Below, piece by piece: positions 25,857-34,892 of a DNA stretch of 53,681 bases (positions within the stretch are counted from its first letter, which is position 1; every line of letters begins with the position of its first letter). The stretch covers positions 1 to 53,681 of IMG/VR virus record IMGVR_UViG_3300049448_000145, one strand, 5' to 3'. Position numbers and translations under genes: made by a program. Below the pieces are notes generated by a model. That model saw only the letters and a program-made list of their open reading frames with translations, did not search any database and was not told where the DNA came from. This DNA comes from a virus (Duplodnaviria > Caudoviricetes).

Positions 25857-26681
25857 ATGAACGCGCTCGCACGAAAGCCGCCGCCGCTGTTACCCGGGCA
25901 GCGCGCGTGGACCGCCGATGAAGACGCGATCCTGCGCGCCCGGTACGAGACGGAGGGTGCCGCCGCGATGGCGCGCGCGCTGGGTCGTCCGCTGACATCG
26001 ATCCACCATCGCACTCAGCGCCTCAAGCTCTACACCCACCGGAAGTGGACGAAGGCCGACGACAACAACCTGGCCATGATGTGGGGCGAACTGTCGTTGA
26101 CCTGGATCGCGCGCCGCCTGAAGCGCACGCGCGTCGCGACCTACTACCGCGCCCGTGCCCTCGGGCTGGGCTGCGGGACGCCCCGGGGCATGGAATACGT
26201 CCGCAACGCCGCCGACCGCGCCGGCTTTGCCCTCGACAGCCTGATGCTAGTACTGGCGTGGGCCGGCGTGACGGTGCGCCCGGCGATGTCGCGGCCGAGC
26301 GACTCCAGGCGCCGATTCCATATCGTCGACCCGCAAGACGTGGACGACGCGGTGGCGCGCTGGATGGCGTCGGAGACGATGGACGCTGCAGGTAAGCGGC
26401 TCGGCTTCGACGGGGCGACGATCGCGCGGTGGGTGGAGCGATCGGGACGGGCGCCGGTGCCGCGCCCTGGTGCTCGCCGGCATTGGCGCGTACCGACCGA
26501 AATCATCGACCAGGTCGTGGCCGCGCGCGCGAAGCTCGAAACGCTGTCGCAGTCGGCGCGCCGGCTCGGTATCGACCGAACGGCACTGAGACGACGCTTG
26601 ATCGCGGCCGGTCATGTGCCGCCGCCGGGCTGCCATACCTGGTTCATCGACCCCGCGCGGGCAACGGAGGCGTCCGCGTGA
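25857..26681 (+). CDS. Multi-HTH (Myb/SANT-like) DNA-binding protein
   Basis: Repeated WTADED / WTKADD...ARALGR units and further HTH-like helices. Confidence 0.7.
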   Translation: MNALARKPPPLLPGQRAWTADEDAILRARYETEGAAAMARALGRPLTSIHHRTQRLKLYTHRKWTKADDNNLAMMWGELSLTWIARRLKRTRVATYYRARALGLGCGTPRGMEYVRNAADRAGFALDSLMLVLAWAGVTVRPAMSRPSDSRRRFHIVDPQDVDDAVARWMASETMDAAGKRLGFDGATIARWVERSGRAPVPRPGARRHWRVPTEIIDQVVAARAKLETLSQSARRLGIDRTALRRRLIAAGHVPPPGCHTWFIDPARATEASA

Positions 26682-27325
26682 CGGGCCGACGGAAAGACCT
26701 GGAGGTCACGGTCACGATCCGGAACAACCAGATCAAAGACCGCCGGACCGCGCTGGGTCTGACGCAACGACGGCTCGCCGAGTTCGCGGGGATCACGATC
26801 AACGCGGTCTGCGGATTCGAGGCGTTGAGCCGGCCGCCCATCATCGTGAAGCGAATCAAGCCAGAGCGGCAGGTTGCCTCCGTCGGCCAGGTTGAGACGG
26901 AAGTGGTGGCGTGGACACATGAGGCGCAGCTGCTCGCCAGATTCTTCGAAGTCGATCCCGTCGAACTGTTTCCCGAGAGCCTGAACAAGGTGAAGAACAC
27001 ACGCGTCGTCAAGACGCTGGACGCCGACGACATGCTGACGGCGCTGGGTATCTCGTCGGAGGAACCGGCGCCGCCGCCTCTGCTCGACGGGGTGGAGCAA
27101 GACGAATTGCGCGACGCCGTTCAAGGCGCGCTGAGACGACTGTCGCCGATCAACCGGCTGGTTGTTGAGCAACGATTCGGTATCAGGGGCGGCGATTCGA
27201 AAACGTTCGCTCAAATCGGAACGATGCTGGGTAAGCGGCGGTACGGAAAGAGCAACGAACGGGTCCGGCAGCGGGAGAGCAGGGCTCTAAGAGATCTGCG
27301 CAAGGAATTGAAGGACTGGGCGTGA
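26678..27325 (+). CDS. XRE HTH plus sigma70 region-4-like protein
   Basis: RTALGLTQRRLAEFAGIT; LRRLSPINRLVVEQRFG...TFAQIG...ERVRQRESRALRDLR. Confidence 0.78.
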   Translation: MTGRRKDLEVTVTIRNNQIKDRRTALGLTQRRLAEFAGITINAVCGFEALSRPPIIVKRIKPERQVASVGQVETEVVAWTHEAQLLARFFEVDPVELFPESLNKVKNTRVVKTLDADDMLTALGISSEEPAPPPLLDGVEQDELRDAVQGALRRLSPINRLVVEQRFGIRGGDSKTFAQIGTMLGKRRYGKSNERVRQRESRALRDLRKELKDWA

Positions 27326-28128
27326 TCGCCCCCCGTCGCATCACGAACCTCGCGGCGTTCTCGCGCGCCATCGAGGTGACCGCGCCCTCCCGCGCCCCGT
27401 CGCGTCTCGGCCCGGTGGCAACCCTACTGCTACAAGAGGCCTGGCGCCTGCGCCTCAAGCTGTCGGGGTTCGAGGACATCGAAGATCAGGCCGACCCCGA
27501 CGGTCCGCTTGCTGATCGCGGCGTCCCTGGCCATCGCAACATCAACGGCGAAGGGTCAGAGCCGGGCGTCGTCCCCGCGGCGCAGGCCGAGTATTACCGC
27601 CAGATCGGCGTCGCCTCGCACAGCTTCAAGACCCGTCTCAAGCACCGCAACCGTCGCGTGATCGCCGGGGGCTTCGGGGTCTTCCCGATCTCGTCGGCGC
27701 TCGACCGGAAGATCCTGCGCATGAGGGCCGACGGGGCGACCTACGAAGAGATCAGAGCCACGCTGAAAATCGGGGATTACAGGTACTACCGCGTATTGCG
27801 GCAGGCCGACGAACGAATCCGAAGGGAGATGAAGATGGGGAACAAAGACAAGCCGGACCCGCAACGACAGGCGACGGGGCAACTGGAGGCGCTAAATCAA
27901 GCGAACCTTTCCGCGCAGCAGCAGGCGCAGGCAACCCAAGTCTTGACGCCGCCACCCGCACCCGCCGTCCCCGCGATGGCAACGCGAGCTCTCACCGACC
28001 CGACGGGGCTCGCCCGAGAGTACGCGACCGCCGCCGCGGAGATCCTCACGTCGAAGCCGCTCATGCCGCAGTCGAGGACGAACGCGGTTCGCCTGTTGCG
28101 GTTGAGCATCGAAATGCTGGCGGGGTAG
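27322..28128 (+). CDS. HTH (LuxR / sigma-r4-like) regulator
   Basis: LDRKILRMRADGATYEEIRATLKI. Confidence 0.55.
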   Translation: MIAPRRITNLAAFSRAIEVTAPSRAPSRLGPVATLLLQEAWRLRLKLSGFEDIEDQADPDGPLADRGVPGHRNINGEGSEPGVVPAAQAEYYRQIGVASHSFKTRLKHRNRRVIAGGFGVFPISSALDRKILRMRADGATYEEIRATLKIGDYRYYRVLRQADERIRREMKMGNKDKPDPQRQATGQLEALNQANLSAQQQAQATQVLTPPPAPAVPAMATRALTDPTGLAREYATAAAEILTSKPLMPQSRTNAVRLLRLSIEMLAG

Positions 28129-29051
28129 TGATGGGCTTCCATTGGCAGAATCTCAACGAGAGCAAGAAGCATCCGCGATGGGGCGGCGGCCGTCGGCACG
28201 GACGCGCCTGGCTGACGTTGTTCGAGCGCGAGGGCGTTGGCGACGCCGGTCTGCGACGTCGAGGGATCGCGATCAACTGGTGCTGGACGATCCTGTGGGA
28301 CGCGTCTTGCGCGATCGCGTTCTCGTTCGTGCGCCAGGAAGGCACCGGGATCAGTCTCCGGATCGCTCTGCCGTGGCTGTTCGATTTCTATCTGACACTT
28401 CTCGGGGGTCCCTTTGCGTGGCTGGCAAAGAAGGTGTTGCCGAAGCTCGCAAAAGATCAGCGGCGCAGCTATCCGAAGCAGGAGTTGCCGATCCGCGACT
28501 ACGGCGATCGCGAACTGTTCAACCTGTATTGGTACGACTGGGCGTTCTGGTGGAACTTCTGGCGCGATCCGATGGGCGGCTGGTCAAGCCGCGATCCGAA
28601 GTGGCATCACGGCAGCTTTCACATCGTCGACTTCATCTTCGGCCGGACAAAGTATGCCGAGCGCGCGCTGGAAGGGCCGTTGCAGGTCAAGATCCCGATG
28701 CCCGAGCGGGCGTACGACGCCACGCTGGAAATCCAAGAGCGGACGTGGCGGCGGAAGCGTTGGCCCGGCGTGTGGCGGCGCTGGCTGGCGGCTGACTTCG
28801 ATAGCAAGCAAGACCCGATCCCGTCACCCGGCAAGGGCGAGAATTCCTGGGACTGCGGCGAAGATGCGACGTATGGGTTGTCGACGCCGTGCCCAACTGG
28901 GCGCGTCGAGGATGCGATCGGCGCTTACGTCGCGACCGTGATGAACAACAGGCGACGACACGGGTCGCTGAATTGGGCGCCGACGGAAGATCATCGGCCG
29001 AAGCCAGGGGCGCCCGCAGCGCCTCCTGTCGGAACGGATGCCGCCTCATGA
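28128..29051 (+). CDS. Trp-rich hypothetical protein
   Basis: 307-aa ORF, operonic. Confidence 0.6.
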   Translation: MMGFHWQNLNESKKHPRWGGGRRHGRAWLTLFEREGVGDAGLRRRGIAINWCWTILWDASCAIAFSFVRQEGTGISLRIALPWLFDFYLTLLGGPFAWLAKKVLPKLAKDQRRSYPKQELPIRDYGDRELFNLYWYDWAFWWNFWRDPMGGWSSRDPKWHHGSFHIVDFIFGRTKYAERALEGPLQVKIPMPERAYDATLEIQERTWRRKRWPGVWRRWLAADFDSKQDPIPSPGKGENSWDCGEDATYGLSTPCPTGRVEDAIGAYVATVMNNRRRHGSLNWAPTEDHRPKPGAPAAPPVGTDAAS

Positions 29052-29500
29052 CTACCTCCCCCGCCGAGAAGGTCACGTTCCGCGCGCGCACGCGGCACGC
29101 GTTGGACACGCCCTTTCTATACGCCACGTTCCTCAAGAGCTTCAAGGACAGCGACGAGGTCGCCGGCATCCCGGGGCCTCTCTACTTCGAGACGTTCAAG
29201 CGCGAGTTCGCGCAGGTGCTCGAACGCTTCACGATTCTCGTGGCGCATCCCGAGGGCGACGAGGATGAGATCGCCGGCTGGATCGCCTACTCGGGCCCGG
29301 TCGTGTGCTGGATCTACGTCAAGCGCTCGCCCTGGCGTCAGATGGGCGTGGCGAAGTTCCTCGCCGCCGCCGCCGCCCTCCCGAAGCGAGTGAGCGCGAT
29401 CTACGGACACCCGCGGGGGATCGCCCTCGCCGAATCGAAGGGCTACACGGTGACGATGCTGACCCACGCGCAGGCGATGAGAATGCTGGTGGCGCCGTGA
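29048..29500 (+). CDS. GNAT-family acetyltransferase
   Basis: WIYVKRSPWRQMGVAKFL motif A. Confidence 0.72.
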   Translation: MTTSPAEKVTFRARTRHALDTPFLYATFLKSFKDSDEVAGIPGPLYFETFKREFAQVLERFTILVAHPEGDEDEIAGWIAYSGPVVCWIYVKRSPWRQMGVAKFLAAAAALPKRVSAIYGHPRGIALAESKGYTVTMLTHAQAMRMLVAP

Positions 29501-29814
29501 TCGCGCATCTGCAGCTCGAAGACTGGGCATACGACGACGCTTACCCGGACGGTCATTCCCACCGTCTGATCGAGGTCGCGGTCGCAGTGGAGGACACGGC
29601 GTTCGTCGACACCTTCCCGGAGTGGACGCACCTCGCGTGCCTGCACGTATTCCAGCAGGACCTTGAGACGCTGTCGGTCGGCGGCCGCGATCGTCAACCG
29701 TGGTCGGCGACGCCGGACCAAGCGCGCCGGATCCGGCAACTGGCGACCGAGATGCGGATGTCCGCGATGCTGGCCGAGGTTGCGCAATTCGGAGGGGAGC
29801 CGATCGGGCTATGA
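29497..29814 (+). CDS. Hypothetical protein
   Basis: GTGA coupling. Confidence 0.5.
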   Translation: MIAHLQLEDWAYDDAYPDGHSHRLIEVAVAVEDTAFVDTFPEWTHLACLHVFQQDLETLSVGGRDRQPWSATPDQARRIRQLATEMRMSAMLAEVAQFGGEPIGL

Positions 29815-30167
29815 ACCATATCGACGACGTGATCGAGGCCGCGCGCGCGGTGGCATCGGAAACGGGCGTGCCGCTGACGCCGGACGAAGAGACGCGCATA
29901 AGGGAAATGGTCGCCGCCGATCCGCCCGCGTGCGATCGCTGCCGGGAGATCGGACCGGAGGCATGCGCCGCCGAACGCGGCCGCTTCAAGAAAGAGCCGT
30001 TCCTGTCGCCGTGCTTCGACCTCGGAGCACAATGGACGTCGCACGACAACGGCATGACGTGGACACGGTTCCCCGTCGCCGAGAACGGATGGCGCGGCGG
30101 GGACAAGCTGACGGTCACCGCGATCAACGCGGACCGCGGTGAAGTGACGTTCAAGGTGGGCCGCTGA
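29811..30167 (+). CDS. Hypothetical protein
   Basis: ATGA coupling. Confidence 0.5.
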   Translation: MNHIDDVIEAARAVASETGVPLTPDEETRIREMVAADPPACDRCREIGPEACAAERGRFKKEPFLSPCFDLGAQWTSHDNGMTWTRFPVAENGWRGGDKLTVTAINADRGEVTFKVGR

Positions 30168-30571
30168 TGCCCATCCTCAACGCCCAAGGCCTCCCGGCGC
30201 GGGAGGTGGAAGTCCTCCACCCTGCTCGAGAGATGGGGCGGGAATCAGGAGCGAAGTCCGCCGAAGACGAATCGGTGTTCCTCCAGGTCATCGATGCCGC
30301 CCTCGACGCCCTTCTCGACGAGACGACGCCCGAGCGCATCGGGGAGAAGGTGTATGAGAACCTCCTCGGGTACATCGAAGGCAGGGAAGCGACGCTGGCG
30401 GTGAAGCCGCTGCTATTCCTGAGCCGCCTGGAGACGGCGCGCGTGGAGCGGCTACCGCGTCGGATCCGCCGGGCGTGGTTCTCGCTCTACAAGGCCGGGG
30501 TCCGGCGGTGGCAGCGGGGCGGGGGGCAGCTGAGCGGGAAGCGGCCGGTGCTTCCGGAGATTCCAGGATGA
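30167..30571 (+). CDS. Hypothetical protein
   Basis: TGATG coupling. Confidence 0.55.
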   Translation: MPILNAQGLPAREVEVLHPAREMGRESGAKSAEDESVFLQVIDAALDALLDETTPERIGEKVYENLLGYIEGREATLAVKPLLFLSRLETARVERLPRRIRRAWFSLYKAGVRRWQRGGGQLSGKRPVLPEIPG

Positions 30572-30882
30572 GTACCGACATGCGCCCCGAATTCCGATCG
30601 TCCTCCAACGTCTGGCCCGACGGCGACTGGTGCGCCGGTTGTGGCATCCACCGGGCGAGCCACGACGAGCGTAACTTCTGCCCGCCCGCCAAGCCGCCGT
30701 ACATCGGGATCGACGCCTGGCGAATGGAGAAGGTCGCCGGCAACCGCGCCGTGCCGCTATTCGGGACCGACCGCACCATCACCGCCGACACCCTGCGCCC
30801 GCCCGCGCCCCGCTCCCTGTGGGCCCGCATCGCTGACGCCTGGCACGCTGCCCGATCGGCGTGGAAGTGGGGGCCGGGGTAA
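30568..30882 (+). CDS. Hypothetical protein
   Basis: ATGA coupling; CAGCGIH. Confidence 0.5.
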   Translation: MSTDMRPEFRSSSNVWPDGDWCAGCGIHRASHDERNFCPPAKPPYIGIDAWRMEKVAGNRAVPLFGTDRTITADTLRPPAPRSLWARIADAWHAARSAWKWGPG

Positions 30883-31205
30883 TGCCACGCCGGTATCGAG
30901 ACTTCGTTCTGCCGCTGCTGCAGGCCTGGGTTGACGGCAAAGGCTGCTGCCCGCCCCAGGCGCCCGAGGGGTCGGTGACGTCGGTCGCCCGCCGCTGGGC
31001 GCGACACACGGGCGTGAAGATGCGCCGGACGACGCCGCACCCGCGCCCGTGGGAGGGGCAGATCCTAAGCTTCGATGGGCTCTTTCGCGGCGTTGAGCGC
31101 GCGCAGCTGACGGGGGCATTCATCGACGCCGGCGGCCCGCTCACGCCCGAGACGTTCCAGCAGGCGATGGACGCAATGCGGCCGTTCGGAGAAATCGACC
31201 GATGA
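30882..31205 (+). CDS. Hypothetical protein
   Basis: TAATG coupling. Confidence 0.45.
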   Translation: MPRRYRDFVLPLLQAWVDGKGCCPPQAPEGSVTSVARRWARHTGVKMRRTTPHPRPWEGQILSFDGLFRGVERAQLTGAFIDAGGPLTPETFQQAMDAMRPFGEIDR

Positions 31206-31405
31206 GCCGCCTCACCGAAACCGTCCTAGGGACGCGCCCCACCCCCGACGCCCCGCCCGCCCCCTGCGGCCATCCCGCCAACCCTCACGTTGTAGACGGC
31301 CCCCGGGCCCTGCTCTGTGAGAACTGCGGGGCCCGGCTGGCCCCGGTGCTGCTGGAGCGGCTTCGCGTGGCGCTGGCAGCGAAAAGGCGGCCCCGTGATA
31401 CCTGA
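31202..31405 (+). CDS. Small zinc-ribbon protein
   Basis: CGH...CENCG. Confidence 0.5.
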   Translation: MSRLTETVLGTRPTPDAPPAPCGHPANPHVVDGPRALLCENCGARLAPVLLERLRVALAAKRRPRDT

Positions 31406-31574
31406 CGACGAGCTCGAAGCCCGCCGCCTCGCCAAGGCCATCGCCCGGCTGGTCGCGCAGGTAAGCCAGTACGGCGGGACGCCGGACATGGTGTTCCTAC
31501 CCACGGATGCGGCGGACGATCTGGGGGTGAAATGGCTGCCGGCCGAACCGGAAACAGCCGAAGGAAACGAGTAA
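31395..31574 (+). CDS. Hypothetical protein
   Basis: Operonic short ORF. Confidence 0.45.
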   Translation: MIPDDELEARRLAKAIARLVAQVSQYGGTPDMVFLPTDAADDLGVKWLPAEPETAEGNE

Positions 31575-31584
31575 GCTTGAACAC

Positions 31585-32172
31585 ATGCTCACGCCGAAGC
31601 AACAGCGGTTCGTTGCCGAGCTTCTGGCGGACCCGGCACGCAACGCGACCAAGGCAGCCATCTCCGCCGGGTACTCGCGAGGCGCTGCACACGTCACGGG
31701 GTCCCGGTTGCTAAGGCAGGATAAGATCTCCGAAGCCGTAGGGCGAACCATCAGGAAACTGGAGGTGCGGGCCGAAATAACGCAGGCCCGGGTGCTAAGC
31801 GAGGTGGCGCTGCTGGCGTTCTCGGACGTCACCCACTACCAGGTGGACGACTTCGGGAACCTCACCCCGGCCCCCGGCGCCCCGGAAGGCGTGATGCGGG
31901 CGGTGTCGTCGATCAAGCGCCGCACGACGACCGACTCGGAGGGGGGCGTCACCCGCGAGGTCGAGTTTCGGCTGTGGGACAAGCCCGGCATCGTGAAGCT
32001 GGCCGGCCGTCACGTCGGCCTGTTCCCGACGAAGGACCACGAGGCGATGAAGGCGGCCGCCCGGGAGCTGCTCGAAGAGAAGATCGAAGAGGCCCGGCGC
32101 CGGCGCTCGGCAACCGACACCACGGCCGAGGTTGCCCCGCGGCCTGCGCTGAAAGGGAACCGCCATGGCTGA
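31585..32172 (+). CDS. terS: Terminase small subunit
   Basis: LTPKQQRFVAE...NATKAAISAGYS...LAFSD...LWDK...LAGRHVGLF. Confidence 0.9.
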   Translation: MLTPKQQRFVAELLADPARNATKAAISAGYSRGAAHVTGSRLLRQDKISEAVGRTIRKLEVRAEITQARVLSEVALLAFSDVTHYQVDDFGNLTPAPGAPEGVMRAVSSIKRRTTTDSEGGVTREVEFRLWDKPGIVKLAGRHVGLFPTKDHEAMKAAARELLEEKIEEARRRRSATDTTAEVAPRPALKGNRHG

Positions 32173-32428
32173 TCCCTGCAACGACCCGGCGTGCTGGCGG
32201 ACGCACGACGTGGCCGGCCGTCACGTGTCCGATCTTCCCGCGCTCAGCCCCGAGGACGACGAGGCGTGCCGCCTGGACGTGGCGCTGTACGGCAGCGCCT
32301 TCGTTCACGTGACGCCGACCGGCGCGCGCCGCATCCCAGCTGTCGAATTCAGCCGCGACGCTGTCGGCTGGCAGCGGCCGGAAGGCGGCGACGTCGTGCC
32401 ATGGTGGGAGACGAAGCCCCGTGGCTGA
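32165..32428 (+). CDS. Hypothetical protein between terS and terL
   Basis: AAAGGG RBS. Confidence 0.5.
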   Translation: MADPCNDPACWRTHDVAGRHVSDLPALSPEDDEACRLDVALYGSAFVHVTPTGARRIPAVEFSRDAVGWQRPEGGDVVPWWETKPRG

Positions 32429-32702
32429 TCGCCCGCTCCCGCCCGTCGATGAAGTCGATGACGAGTTCATCAAGAAGGCGCTCGACTGCGGCCCCGGTGC
32501 GCCGGACACGACGTTGGCGGTCAACATTCGGCGGGCACTCTACGAGGCGAAGGCGGCGAAGTCCTGGCCCGAAGACGAGCTGGCAGCACGGCGAGCGGCG
32601 GCGCGGCGGATGGAGCACGACGCTTTCGATCGGAAGCTGTACGACGACTTCGCTCGGTGGCAGCGCGGGGAGCTTCCGCCGAAGCCGGGCGACCGTGGAT
32701 GA
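32421..32702 (+). CDS. Hypothetical protein between terS and terL
   Basis: Overlapping operonic ORF. Confidence 0.55.
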   Translation: MADRPLPPVDEVDDEFIKKALDCGPGAPDTTLAVNIRRALYEAKAAKSWPEDELAARRAAARRMEHDAFDRKLYDDFARWQRGELPPKPGDRG

Positions 32703-34329
32703 CCTTGCCCGCGCCATCGACGAATATCTCGACCTGACGGAGGCCGATCAACCGAAGCTGCCGCGCTTCACACTGGAGAACTTCTGCCGCGCCGCTGACG
32801 GTCGGATGCACGTCGAGCAGCGCGCCTTCACGACGGACCAGTCGCACCGGATCCACTGCATGTGCGCCAGGCAGGCGGGTAAGAGCCAGGGCGACGACGC
32901 GATCTTGATGGACTCGGGGCTGTTCCGCCCCTACTCGACGAACCTGATCCTAGGCTTCAACGGCCCGCATATTCGGACCAACAACTGGGAACCGATCTGG
33001 AAGCGGCTGTTCGATCGCTTCTCGGGACTCGACGACCGCTGGCGCAATGAGACGCGCATGCTCACGACGTTCCCGAACGGCGCGCGTGTGCTCATGGGCG
33101 GCACGGACGACGTCCGCCACATCAAGAACATCCTCGGTGGCCGAATCGAGGACGGCGTTGTCATCATCGATGAGAGCCAGGAACAGGAGACGCTCGACGA
33201 GCTGCTCGACTCAACGCTGCCGCCGATGATGGGGATGAAGGCGCGGCTCATTCTGTCAGGCGTGTTTCCCGACGCGCCGGTCGGGCGCTTCTGGCGGGAG
33301 TCGGGCTGGGTGGAACGTGACGGGGAGTGGGTGCAGGAGAGGGGGCGCGGCTGGTCGCGGCACAACTGGGGCCGCCTCGCCAACGTGCACACCCCCGACG
33401 CGCGCGCTGTGCTCGATCGCTATCTCGAGGACACCGGGCTGACCGAGGACGACCCGCAGATCCAGCGTGACTGGTTCGGGCGCCCGGCGTTCGACCCCGC
33501 GGCGACAGCCTACCGCTATCTCAAGGGCCGCAACGGCTACGTGGCGCTGTCGCCCGACTGGATGGGGCCGGTGTACGCGTCGGGGAAGGACGAGCGTGGC
33601 AAAGAGCTGATGTACGCCCACGAGATGCGCCAGGACAAGGACGGCGCCAAGTTCGGGATGATGGCGGCGGAGCCGCTCCCCGGCGTTCGCACGTTCTCGC
33701 TGGCGCTCGACCCGGGCTCGAACAGCGACCGCGCCAGCGTGCAGGGCTGGGGCTGGGGCGAGCAGTCGCGCATCGTGCAGCACGTCTTCGACTGGACGTC
33801 GCCCCGCGCCGCGCGCCTGTCCACGGGGCAGATGTTCGCGGTTCTTGGGCTTGCCTATCGAATGCTGACCCGCGTCGGCGGCCGGCTGGGCGGCGTGGTG
33901 AAGTGCCGCTATGACGCGGGAAGCTCGCAGAACACGATAGACAACTTGCAGGGCGATTACGGGATCCCGCTGGTGCTGGCCGCGAAGAAGACTGACCTTC
34001 TCGGCCAGGTCAACCGCAACAACGACATGCTCACCGAATCCCGGGCCCAGATCATGATCGGGTCGGCGCTGGAGCAGGACTACATGCGCGCGCGCTGGGA
34101 CAGGGCTGCCCTGGCGCGCACGCAGCGTGTTTGGGCGCGCCTCTGGCACCCGGACGCGTCCGAAGCGGCCCGGTACGCTCTACAGGACTACTTCGACGCC
34201 TATGTCGAACCCGAGAAGCCGCCCGCCGACGACCTGGAACGACACCGCCTCGAAGTCCGCGCCGCCCTGGCAGAGGCCAGGAAGCTCAACGAGCCCGAAG
34301 ATGGGGAATCAGGCGAGGGATGGGGGTAG
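32695..34329 (+). CDS. terL: Terminase large subunit
   Basis: Walker A CARQAGKS, Walker B VIIDESQE, nuclease LALDPG and HPDASEAARY; start placed at GTG 32695. Confidence 0.88.
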   Translation: MDDLARAIDEYLDLTEADQPKLPRFTLENFCRAADGRMHVEQRAFTTDQSHRIHCMCARQAGKSQGDDAILMDSGLFRPYSTNLILGFNGPHIRTNNWEPIWKRLFDRFSGLDDRWRNETRMLTTFPNGARVLMGGTDDVRHIKNILGGRIEDGVVIIDESQEQETLDELLDSTLPPMMGMKARLILSGVFPDAPVGRFWRESGWVERDGEWVQERGRGWSRHNWGRLANVHTPDARAVLDRYLEDTGLTEDDPQIQRDWFGRPAFDPAATAYRYLKGRNGYVALSPDWMGPVYASGKDERGKELMYAHEMRQDKDGAKFGMMAAEPLPGVRTFSLALDPGSNSDRASVQGWGWGEQSRIVQHVFDWTSPRAARLSTGQMFAVLGLAYRMLTRVGGRLGGVVKCRYDAGSSQNTIDNLQGDYGIPLVLAAKKTDLLGQVNRNNDMLTESRAQIMIGSALEQDYMRARWDRAALARTQRVWARLWHPDASEAARYALQDYFDAYVEPEKPPADDLERHRLEVRAALAEARKLNEPEDGESGEGWG

Positions 34330-34335
34330 CCGGGC

Positions 34336-34360
34336 TCTGAGGGATCCCGGGGCGGGGTTG
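34336..34360 (+). promoter_or_regulatory. Late-promoter-like motif, copy A
   Basis: TCTGAGGG-ATCC-CGGGGCG-GGGTT then GTG start. Confidence 0.7.
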
Positions 34361-34671
34361 TGGACCTCCCCAAGGCCGAAGACCTCGCGGCGATCTTCAA
34401 GGCGGCCCGGGATGCCGGCGTAACGCGCCTGCGCATCGGGGCTCTCGAAGCGACCCTGGCGCCGTACAGCCAGGCCGACATCGTCGCGGCCATCAACCGC
34501 GAGAACCCGATTCCCAAGGGCCCGCCCGGCGCGCCGGCACAGGACCCGTTCGCCGCCATCCGCGGCCGGGTGAACGAGGCCACGGACGAGCGGCCTGACG
34601 TGCTCGACGCCCTGGCCAACGGGGCGCGGCTCGTGGCTCCGATCGACGGCGACCCGACCCAGCCGTCGTGA
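34360..34671 (+). CDS. Hypothetical protein upstream of portal
   Basis: LAAIFKAARDAGVTRLRIG; starts at motif A. Confidence 0.6.
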   Translation: MDLPKAEDLAAIFKAARDAGVTRLRIGALEATLAPYSQADIVAAINRENPIPKGPPGAPAQDPFAAIRGRVNEATDERPDVLDALANGARLVAPIDGDPTQPS

Positions 34672-34892
34672 TGATGACCCCACTGCTGCAGATGCGCGCT
34701 GCGCTCATCGACGAGGCGCGTGATTGCGCCGTCCGGCTGGCCCCCAACCCGCCATCCCGTCAGTGGACGGTCGACGAGAACGCCGGGACCGTCCGCGACA
34801 TCATGACGGGCGAGCTGATCGTCTATCTCGACCCGCTGGCAGCGTCGCCCACGTTCAAGGCGTTCGCCGGACGGGCGTTCGTGGCGACCTGA
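34668..34892 (+). CDS. Hypothetical protein
   Basis: Coupled on both sides. Confidence 0.5.
   Translation: MMMTPLLQMRAALIDEARDCAVRLAPNPPSRQWTVDENAGTVRDIMTGELIVYLDPLAASPTFKAFAGRAFVAT

Noticed and set aside
27722-27738. Sixth copy of the late motif (TGAGGG-CCGA-CGGGGCG) inside the HTH regulator gene
   Set aside because: Lacks the upstream TC and downstream GGTTG and encodes the HTH itself; possibly chance, so not counted
32191-34891. Long N-terminal extensions of TerL (32191) and portal (34724), likewise the ATPase (9703)
   Set aside because: Extensions overlap better-supported upstream genes and read as Arg-rich off-frame sequence; downstream coupled starts were used
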